From Exilibacterium sp. (lineage in GTDB: Bacteria > Pseudomonadota > Gammaproteobacteria > Pseudomonadales > Cellvibrionaceae): DNA of 24,000 nucleotides. Under the pieces are notes generated by a model. The model was not told the DNA's origin. It saw only the letters and a list, made by a program, of their open reading frames with translations, and searched no databases. Every line of letters begins with the position of its first letter. Position 1 is the stretch's first letter. Shown in pieces: positions 6,061-13,037 of this stretch. The stretch lies in NCBI GenBank assembly GCA_028280195.1, contig JANQMH010000079.1, positions 50,452 to 74,451 on the forward strand, read 5' to 3'. Made by a program: the position numbers and the translations under genes.

Positions 6061-9000
6061 TTACGTCTGTTTGCTCTGCAAGCTGCCGGCGGCAGCGGCG
6101 GCGGGTTGCCCTTTATCGGCAAGCAGTTGGTCCAGTTCGCGGCTTACGTCGCCCACCGAGCCGGTGCCGCGGGCAATCAGATGGTAAAACACCGGCACGA
6201 CAAACAGCGTAAACAAGGTCGCCGAGGCCACCCCCGCCAGCACTACCACGCCGATGACCGTGCGCGTCTCGGCGCCGGCACCACTGGTGAGAATCAACGG
6301 CAGCGAACCGGCGGCGGTGGTGATGCCGGTCATGATAATCGGCCGCAGGCGCACTTGCGCCGCCTGCAGCAGTGCCTGGGAAAACGCCATGCCCTGATCG
6401 CGTAGCTGATTGACGAACTCGACAATCAGAATGCCGTTTTTCGCCGCCAGCCCCACCAGCATGATCAGGCCGATCTGCGAGTACAGATTCAGCGACCCGC
6501 CGGTAACATACAGTGCGGCGAGCCCGCCGCCGATGGCCAGCGGTACACTGGTCATAATCACAAAGGGATGCAGCCAGCTTTCGAACTGCGCCGCCAGCGC
6601 CAGATAGGTCACGAAGATGCCGAGCAGAAATACCCAGATAATCGATTGACCGGCGTATTTGAAATCCTGTGACTGGTCCTTGTAATCAATGATGACATCG
6701 CTGGGCAGGTGTTCGCGCACCAGGTTTTCGAGATGCTCCAGCGCCTCGCCCAGGGTATAACCCTCGGCCAGATTGGCTTCCAGTGTAATGGCGCGGATGC
6801 GGTTGTAGCGGTTGAGTTCATTGCTGCTGGCAAACTCCTCGACCCGCACCAGATTTGACAGCGGGATCAGCTGATCGCTTCTGTCCGAGCGCACATAGAT
6901 ATTTTCCAGGTTGGAAATGGTGCGCTGCTGATCGCGCTCGCCCTCGAGCATGACATCGTATTCCTCACCCTCATCGATATAGGTGGTCACTCGCCGCGAG
7001 CCGAGCATGGTCTCCAGGGTGCGGCCGATATCGCCGATGGTGACGCCGATTTCGGCGGCGCGGTCGTAGTCGATGGCCACCTCGAGTTGCGGTTTGGTTT
7101 CCTTGAAGTCCCAGTCGAGGCCGACGAAACCGGGATTGTCCGCGTCGATTTTATCCACCAGAATATCGCGCCACTCGGCCAGCTGTTCGTAAGTGCCGCC
7201 GCCGATGACAAAGCTGACCGGCTTTGCAGCCGCCGAGCCGAAACCCTGGCGCATGATCGGGAAGGCGCGCACACCCGGCAGATCGGCCAGCTTGTTGCGC
7301 ACTTCATCGACAATGGTAAAAGCATCGCGGCGCTCGTCCCAGTGCTCGAGTACGGAAATCACAATACCGGTGTTATAGTTCTCGGTGCGACCGAAGGCGC
7401 GCGGCGCCCTGATCAGCAGGCGGGTAATCTCGCCGCTTTCTACATAGGACATCAGCCGCCGCTCAATTTCATCCATATACTCTTTCATATAGCTGTAGGT
7501 GGCGCCCTCGGGCCCGTTGACGATAATGAAGAACGCGCCGCGGTCCTCCTTCGGCGCATATTCCTGGGGCAGCTGCTGAAAGACCCAGACCAGCACGGCG
7601 ACCAGCGCGGCAAAGGCCAGCAGCACCACTGAGGCATACTTTATACAGCGGCTCAGTGCGGCAACGTAGGCGCGCTGGCAGACTTTTACCGCGGCGTCGA
7701 TGCGCCTGACGATAACATTGCCCTGGGTTGAGGGCTTGAGGATTTTGGAGGCCAGCATCGCCGACAGCGTCAGGGCGACAAAAGAGGAGAACATCACCGC
7801 CGCCGACATGGTCAGGGCAAATTCGCTGAACAGCCGCCCCACATCGCCGCGCTGAAAGGCGATCGGTGTAAACACCGCCACCAGCACCAGGGTCGTGGCC
7901 ACCACCGCGAAGGCCACCTGGCGGGCGCCGCGAAACGCCGCCAGCAGCGGCGGCTCTTTGTACTCGTCGATGCGGCGCTTGATATTTTCCAGCACCACGA
8001 TCGAATCGTCGACGATCAGACCGATGGCCAGCACCATCGCCAGCAGGGTCAGCAGGTTGACGGAAAAGCCCATGGCATACAGCGCAATGGAGGTGGCGAT
8101 CACCGAGACCGGCACCGTCACCGCCGGCACCAGCATGGCCCTGACACTGCCGAGAAAGGCGTAAATCACCAGAATCACCAGGCAAATGGCGATCGCCAGG
8201 GTGCGATAGACCTCGCCGATGGCGCCCTCGATAAATACCGAGGTGTCGTAACTCTGCTCGAGAAGCATGTGCGCGGGCAGGTTTTCATTGATCTGGTTTC
8301 TGACATTTCTGGCTTCGCGCGCGACATCGATAATATTGGCGGTGGACTGCTTGATAATGCCGATGCCCACCTGCGGAATGGCATTGCCGCGGAAAAAGTT
8401 GCGCGCCTCTTCGGTGCCCTTTTCCACCCGCGCCACATCCCCGAGCCGCACCAGGTAATTGCCGGCGCCGGCATCGCCCCGGGAGATCACCAGGTTGGCA
8501 AAATCATCCGCGGAGCGGAATGCGCGCTTGGTGCGCACGGTAAACTGCCGCTCGTCGCTTTCGATACTGCCCGCCGGCAGTTCCACGTTCTCGGCGCGCA
8601 GTGCATCCTCGACATCGTTGACGGTCAGGTCCCGCGCCGCCAGTGCCCTGCGGTCCAGCCAGATGCGCATGGCAAAGCGCTGGCGGCCGCCGATACGCAC
8701 CCGCGAGACACCGTCGATCACGGAAAAGCGATCGACCAGGTAGCGCTCGGCGTAGTCGGTCAACTCCAGCACCGTCATACCATCGCCGGTCAGGTTGAAC
8801 CAGACGATGACATCGTCGTTGCTGTCCTCTTTCTGTATTTCCGGCGGGTCTGCCTCCACCGGCAGATTGTCCAGTACGCCGCTGACCCGGTCGCGGATAT
8901 CGTTGGCGGCGGCGTCGACATCGCGGCCGATATCGAACTCGACGGTGATGCGGCTGCGGCCGTCGCGCGATGAGGACTCGATAAAACGGATACCCTCGAC

Positions 9001-9219
9001 ACCGGCGATGCGCTCTTCCATGATCTCGGTAATACGCGACTCCACCACATTGGCGGCGGCCCCGGGGTAATTGGTTTCGACGCTGACAATCGGCGGGTCG
9101 ATATTGGGATACTGTCGCAGCGGCAGGCGGTCAAAGGCCAGCAGACCGAAGATGATCAACAGAACGGAAATAACCGCGGCAAATACCGGCCGTCGGATCG
9201 ACACATCGGAAAGTACCAC
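6061..9219 (-). CDS. RND (AcrB/HAE1-type) efflux transporter permease
   Basis: 1052 aa, GTG start with a G-rich SD. N-terminus: SIRRPVFAAVISVLLIIFGLLAFDRLPLRQYPNIDPPIVSVETNYPGAAANVVESRITEIMEE. It has the 12-TM, two-large-loop architecture, including VDDSIVVLENI and GLAAKNGILIVEF. There are 15 nt after the adaptor gene stop and 16 nt before the ClbS-like start. Confidence 0.95.
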   Translation of the reverse strand: MVLSDVSIRRPVFAAVISVLLIIFGLLAFDRLPLRQYPNIDPPIVSVETNYPGAAANVVESRITEIMEERIAGVEGIRFIESSSRDGRSRITVEFDIGRDVDAAANDIRDRVSGVLDNLPVEADPPEIQKEDSNDDVIVWFNLTGDGMTVLELTDYAERYLVDRFSVIDGVSRVRIGGRQRFAMRIWLDRRALAARDLTVNDVEDALRAENVELPAGSIESDERQFTVRTKRAFRSADDFANLVISRGDAGAGNYLVRLGDVARVEKGTEEARNFFRGNAIPQVGIGIIKQSTANIIDVAREARNVRNQINENLPAHMLLEQSYDTSVFIEGAIGEVYRTLAIAICLVILVIYAFLGSVRAMLVPAVTVPVSVIATSIALYAMGFSVNLLTLLAMVLAIGLIVDDSIVVLENIKRRIDEYKEPPLLAAFRGARQVAFAVVATTLVLVAVFTPIAFQRGDVGRLFSEFALTMSAAVMFSSFVALTLSAMLASKILKPSTQGNVIVRRIDAAVKVCQRAYVAALSRCIKYASVVLLAFAALVAVLVWVFQQLPQEYAPKEDRGAFFIIVNGPEGATYSYMKEYMDEIERRLMSYVESGEITRLLIRAPRAFGRTENYNTGIVISVLEHWDERRDAFTIVDEVRNKLADLPGVRAFPIMRQGFGSAAAKPVSFVIGGGTYEQLAEWRDILVDKIDADNPGFVGLDWDFKETKPQLEVAIDYDRAAEIGVTIGDIGRTLETMLGSRRVTTYIDEGEEYDVMLEGERDQQRTISNLENIYVRSDRSDQLIPLSNLVRVEEFASSNELNRYNRIRAITLEANLAEGYTLGEALEHLENLVREHLPSDVIIDYKDQSQDFKYAGQSIIWVFLLGIFVTYLALAAQFESWLHPFVIMTSVPLAIGGGLAALYVTGGSLNLYSQIGLIMLVGLAAKNGILIVEFVNQLRDQGMAFSQALLQAAQVRLRPIIMTGITTAAGSLPLILTSGAGAETRTVIGVVVLAGVASATLFTLFVVPVFYHLIARGTGSVGDVSRELDQLLADKGQPAAAAAGSLQSKQT

Positions 9220-9234
9220 ACTGCCCCCCGGCTG

Positions 9235-10347
9235 TTAGAGATTGGCTGATTTGAGGTTCGGGCCGACCGCGGCCGCCTCGCCACTGTCGGCGGGCAGCAG
9301 CACCTGGCCGCCGGATTTCACTTTGAAGGCGCCGTGGGTGATGACCTGCTCGCCGACCTCCAGCCCCTGGCTGATTTCAACCTCGCCGCGCCGCCGGCCG
9401 GCAACGGTGACCCGGCGCTTCTCCGCGATCACCTGATCCTGTTGCGGGTTCACCACCATCACGTAGTTGTCGCGCCCCTCGGGCAGCAGCGACTCCTCGG
9501 ATATCACCAGGGCCTGGCGCTCATTCATAAACAGAGAGATCTGCATCAACATGCCCTGCTTCAGCAGCTGCTCGTCGTTGGGCAGGATGGCGCGCACATT
9601 AATGGCGCGGGTGACGCGATCGACCTGGTTGTCGATACTCAGCACCTGGCCGCGAAACTCCCGCTCGCGGTAAGCGCGGGTGGTGGCCACAATCGGCAAT
9701 GCGGTCTGCAGAGAGGGAAGGAATACCGCCGGCACGGTAAAGTCCAGCTTCATACGCGTGTCGTCGGTGAGGGTGGTGATGAGATCGCCGGGGCGCACCA
9801 GTGCGCCGAGGCTGATATTGCGCAGCCCCACCTGGCCGGCGAAGGGCGCCTTGACAACCCGGTCTCTGAGCCGCGACTGCATGGCGATCAACCGCGCCTG
9901 CGCCGCATCGTAGTCGCGCTGGCGCTCGTCCAGCACCGATTCGGAGGCATTGCCCACCCGCACCAGCCTGGCAATGCGGTCGAGTTGGCGCTTGGCCTCG
10001 CGAGCGTTGGTCTGTGCCTCCACCAGCAGCGCCTTTTCCTCAGCGCTGGTCATTTCCACCAGCACCTGGTCCGCCGCCACCCGCTGGCCGTCCTCAAAGT
10101 GAATGGCGGTGATGGTCTCGGTGACATTGACCGTCAACTCCACCGATTCATTGGCCCGCAGCGTGCCCAGCGCCTCGGTCTGATCACGAAAAGTATCCTC
10201 GCGCACGGTTTCCACCTTGACCGCTACCGGTGCGCCCGGCTGGGCCGCACTCAAACCGGCGCCGGCCGCCAGTACGGCCGCCAGGCAACAGGGATTCAAA
10301 GCAAGCGTTTTTACCAAGGTATAGCAATAGCGGAGTGGCTTTATCAT
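9235..10347 (-). CDS. RND periplasmic adaptor (membrane fusion protein, HlyD/AcrA family)
   Basis: 370 aa with an N-terminal signal/anchor. A coiled-coil hairpin region (EAKRQLDRIARL...YDAAQARLIAMQSRL) is flanked by beta-rich lipoyl/barrel segments (VKAPFAGQVGLRNISLGALVRPGDLITTL). It sits immediately upstream of the RND permease. Confidence 0.9.
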   Translation of the reverse strand: MIKPLRYCYTLVKTLALNPCCLAAVLAAGAGLSAAQPGAPVAVKVETVREDTFRDQTEALGTLRANESVELTVNVTETITAIHFEDGQRVAADQVLVEMTSAEEKALLVEAQTNAREAKRQLDRIARLVRVGNASESVLDERQRDYDAAQARLIAMQSRLRDRVVKAPFAGQVGLRNISLGALVRPGDLITTLTDDTRMKLDFTVPAVFLPSLQTALPIVATTRAYREREFRGQVLSIDNQVDRVTRAINVRAILPNDEQLLKQGMLMQISLFMNERQALVISEESLLPEGRDNYVMVVNPQQDQVIAEKRRVTVAGRRRGEVEISQGLEVGEQVITHGAFKVKSGGQVLLPADSGEAAAVGPNLKSANL

Positions 10348-10515
10348 GCAGCAGTGGCCATTAAAGAAAGTGAGGGATTATCGTCTGTGCACCGGTGTTC
10401 AAAGTAGCGGATATGCGTATGAGGCGAGTTGGTCGAGAAAGTTCATCCGCTGTCGGCGCAAGTGCTGGCATGCTAGCAGACTCCGTATGCCGGCGCCAGT
10501 CGCCGCCGGGCCAAT

Positions 10516-10539
10516 ACGAATACATTTTATTTAGATTTA
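10516..10539 (-). promoter_or_regulatory. Candidate third IS-box-like element (TAAAT-N16-CGT) upstream of the RND adaptor/pump/ClbS-like operon
   Basis: The minus strand reads TAAAT CTAAATAAAATGTATT CGT, in the 249-nt gap between the TetR stop (10597) and the adaptor start (10347). Orientation is correct and spacing is exactly 16. It lacks the extended flank similarity shared by the other two boxes and sits in an AT-rich patch, so a chance match is possible. Confidence 0.3.
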
Positions 10540-10596
10540 TCAAACGGTTAAGACGCCTACTTAGAGCCTGACGCCACTTTCTGAAGCCGCCGGCCG

Positions 10597-11247
10597 TCAG
10601 TCTGGCAAGGCCCGCTGAATGCCGTCCAGCAGGGTTTCCACCATCAGCGTATAAACCCGCCCGGGCTGTTGCCGGGCAAAGACAGGTTGCAGCCGGGTGG
10701 TGACGGGAAACTGCTCCGGCGGCAGCTCCGCCACCTCCCGCAGGAACGCCGCCGGCGCCGGCTGCAGCAGGCCGCCGATCTCGGCGGCGGCCATGCCGAG
10801 CAGGCTCGCATACCAGCCAAAGCACATATCCACCACCTGCCGGTCGTCGAGACCGGCATCGCTGAGCGCCTGATAAATCGCCTCGGCCTGGCGGTAATCG
10901 GCCGGGCCCGTGACCCAGAAGTGCAGCAGCAGCGGAAAGGTATGCGGATACTGCAGCGCCAGATTGCGGTACTGATGGGCCAGATCGCGCAGCCTCTCGC
11001 GCCAGTGGGCGCCGCCATCGACCGGTTGCAGCAGCCCGTTCAGCGTATCGGCCATGGCCCGCTCCAGGCCGGCTTTGGATTGGAAATGGTAGAGCACTGC
11101 CATCGGGTCACAGCCCATTCTGGTAGCCAGCTTGCGGACACTGAAACCGGCCTCGCCGACGGCCTCCCGCAGTTGCACCGCGGCGGCGACAATTTCCTCC
11201 GGCGCCAGGCCTTTAGGGCCGGTGCGCAGGGCTTTTTTCGACACCAT
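10597..11247 (-). CDS. TetR/AcrR-family transcriptional regulator
   Basis: Start placed at ATG 11247 (AAGGAAAA upstream); the track ORF from 11307 would read through the operator region. The HTH is EEIVAAAVQLREAVGEAGFSVRKLATRMGCDPMAVLYHFQSKAGLERAM, followed by an all-helical ligand domain. It is divergent from the MFS gene and upstream of the RND operon. Confidence 0.85.
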   Translation of the reverse strand: MVSKKALRTGPKGLAPEEIVAAAVQLREAVGEAGFSVRKLATRMGCDPMAVLYHFQSKAGLERAMADTLNGLLQPVDGGAHWRERLRDLAHQYRNLALQYPHTFPLLLHFWVTGPADYRQAEAIYQALSDAGLDDRQVVDMCFGWYASLLGMAAAEIGGLLQPAPAAFLREVAELPPEQFPVTTRLQPVFARQQPGRVYTLMVETLLDGIQRALPD

Positions 11248-11325
11248 AGAAATTTTCCTTGCAATTTCTTTGCTGTAGAGATTAATATTCTGCGCCGTAG
11301 AAATCAATTTCTTCGCTGTAGAAAT
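11244..11325. promoter_or_regulatory. Phased operator-like repeats in the TetR/MFS divergent promoter region
   Basis: GCTGTAGAGAT (11272), GCCGTAGAAAT (11294) and GCTGTAGAAAT (11315) are spaced 22 and 21 bp apart. There are also dyads AGAAATT-N8-AATTTCT (11249-11270) and AGAAAT-CA-ATTTCT (11299-11312). Confidence 0.5.
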
Positions 11326-11363
11326 CCGTATCTGATTAACCGTGTTTTAAACAGGAGGCTGTA

Positions 11364-12587
11364 ATGACACAGCTCGGCACTCACACGCACGCGATGACAG
11401 CCCGCCAGCGCGGCTGGAGCCTGGCCGCAGTGATCGTTTCCACGGTAGGCCTCGGCCTGTCCTACGGTATCGGTTATCCGCTGACGGCACTGAAGTTTGA
11501 GCAGTGGGGCGCGCCCGGCTGGCTGATCGGCATCGCCGGCGGTATGCCGGCGCTGGCGGTATTCCTGCTGCTGCCGGTGCTGCCCCGGGTAATCGGCCGC
11601 ATCGGTGCGGTGCAGTCAATGCTTATCGGCTGCGCGCTGACCGGCCTGGGCTTTGGCCTGATGGGGCTGTTGCAGACCGTCGAGGCCTGGATTCTGTTGC
11701 GCTTTCTGGTCGGCGCCGGCATGACTTTTCCCTGGCTGGTGGGTGAAACCTGGATCAATACCGTGACCGGCGACAGTACCCGCGGCCGGGTCATGGCGCT
11801 GTACGTGATGGGGCTGTTTAGCGGCTATGCGGTGGGGCCCCTGGTGCTCAACGCCGTCGGTACCGACGGCACCCTGCCCTACGCCATCGGCATGGCCGCC
11901 ATGGTGGCCACCGCGGCGCCGTTACTGGCAGCCTGGAAACTGGCGCCGGCGCTGGAGGCACACCCGCAAAGCGGGCTCTGGGGTGCGGTGAAGCTGGCGC
12001 CCATCGCCATGGTCGGCGCCTTTGCCGGCGGGGTTACCGAGCTGGGTTATTTTTCCCTGCTGCCGGTTTATTCGCTGGCGGTCGGTTTGAGCAGCGCCGA
12101 GGGTCTGTTTTTACTCAGCACCCTGATGGTCGGCGGTATCGTGCTGCAGTTTGGCGTCGGCTGGCTCTGCGACCGCCTGTCGCGGGACACAGTGATGATC
12201 GCCATGGGCTTGGCGGCGGCGGCGCTGGCGCTGGCGGCGGCGCTGGTCGCCGATCAGCAGCTGCCGCGCATCGTGCTGACGTTTCTGCTCGGCGGTGCAG
12301 TGCTCGGCTTTTATTCGGTTGGTCTGATTGTACTGGGAACCCGGGTGCCGACTGCCGAGCTGGCGGTGGCCAACGCCGCCTTTCTAATGATCTACCAGGC
12401 CGGTTCCATCGTCGGTCCCGGCGTTGCCGGAGCGGCAATGGATATCTGGCGGCCGCACGGCTTTATCGCGGTTATGGCCGCCTTTGCTGTGGCCGCCTCG
12501 CTGTTGACTTGGTGGCTGGCGCGGCGGCGGCGCGATGCTCCCGTATCCGTGCAATGCCTCGGGCGCGGTGACGGCGTCCGGCCTTGA
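11364..12587 (+). CDS. MFS transporter (12-TM), substrate unknown
   Basis: 407 aa, with AGGAGG 7 nt upstream of the ATG. Hydrophobicity is continuous 12-helix-like. An MFS loop 2-3-like motif (GRIGAVQSM) is present. It is divergent from the TetR gene. Confidence 0.85.
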   Translation: MTQLGTHTHAMTARQRGWSLAAVIVSTVGLGLSYGIGYPLTALKFEQWGAPGWLIGIAGGMPALAVFLLLPVLPRVIGRIGAVQSMLIGCALTGLGFGLMGLLQTVEAWILLRFLVGAGMTFPWLVGETWINTVTGDSTRGRVMALYVMGLFSGYAVGPLVLNAVGTDGTLPYAIGMAAMVATAAPLLAAWKLAPALEAHPQSGLWGAVKLAPIAMVGAFAGGVTELGYFSLLPVYSLAVGLSSAEGLFLLSTLMVGGIVLQFGVGWLCDRLSRDTVMIAMGLAAAALALAAALVADQQLPRIVLTFLLGGAVLGFYSVGLIVLGTRVPTAELAVANAAFLMIYQAGSIVGPGVAGAAMDIWRPHGFIAVMAAFAVAASLLTWWLARRRRDAPVSVQCLGRGDGVRP

Positions 12588-12616
12588 GCAGCCTGTCGAT
12601 TTCCAGCGTGTATATC

Positions 12617-12643
12617 GGAAAGGTGGATCGATACGACCTTTCC
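12617..12643 (+). terminator. Weak candidate stem-loop after the MFS gene
   Basis: GGAAAGGT (12617-12624), an 11-nt loop, then ACCTTTCC (12636-12643), 30 nt after the MFS stop. No U-tract follows, so this is not a classical intrinsic terminator. Confidence 0.25.
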
Positions 12644-12720
12644 ATCCATAGGCCAATATTTCTGCAACCGCCGCAGCTAAAGATCGACGATATAATTATG
12701 GTTATAGCTAAGTAAATATT

Positions 12721-12820
12721 CTTGACATCAATATAAATTGATGCGTGAATATAAATTCATGGCGGGCCGGGATAATCAATCTTCATGTTATTACTTGATA
12801 TCAATATTCTATATACCAAT
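12721..12820 (+). promoter_or_regulatory. AT-rich control region upstream of the S9 peptidase gene, with dyads and promoter-like hexamers
   Basis: CTTGACATCAATAT (12721-12734) is repeated as CTTGATATCAATAT (12794-12807). Perfect dyads are CATCAAT-ATAA-ATTGATG (12726-12743), TGAAT-ATAA-ATTCA (12746-12759) and TTGATATCAA (12795-12804). TTGACA and TTGATA are -35-like, but I could not pair either with a convincing -10. Confidence 0.35.
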
Positions 12821-13037
12821 ACAGTAAGGTCACTTGCATCTGTCGCCCCGCAGAAACTGCAGACAGCTCACTGAGTTAAACAGCCCCGGCGAGCCGCTTG
12901 TTTCAGCTTGCTGCTGTCGCCCGAGTGCAAACTGTTATCCAGCAAACGGCTGGAGCCTGTTGACCCGTATCCCGCCCCGGCAAGTGCTCTAGTGTCACAA
13001 GTGGGGTGCGGTAGATTTTGCTTATTGAGGAACCAGC

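Noticed and set aside
5520-6212. 230-aa + strand ORF, and the 195-aa version (5535-6122) of the ClbS-like ORF
   Set aside because: The + ORF is antisense to the ClbS-like gene. The long minus version would overlap the RND permease by 62 nt and lacks an SD, whereas ATG 6044 has GGAGGAGA upstream and gives a canonical DUF1706 length.
9334-10407. 357-aa + strand ORF. The same applies to the 8269-8973, 7087-7632 and 5821-6405 + strand ORFs.
   Set aside because: These are antisense to the RND adaptor and permease genes, which are unambiguous. They are low-complexity, lack SD sequences and have no family resemblance.
10361-11364. ORFs 10361-10825 (-), 10644-11018 (-), 10669-11364 (+), 11040-11264 (-), and the 236-aa extension of the TetR ORF to 11307
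   Set aside because: These are alternative frames or the antisense of the TetR gene. The 11307 start would translate the operator repeats (MISTAQNINLYSKEIARKIS) and has no SD; ATG 11247 does.
12660-12850. AT-rich island considered as an insertion-sequence scar or integration junction
   Set aside because: There is no transposase or integrase ORF, no terminal inverted repeats flanking a unit, no tRNA nearby and no target-site duplication that I could find. It is better explained as a promoter/operator region.
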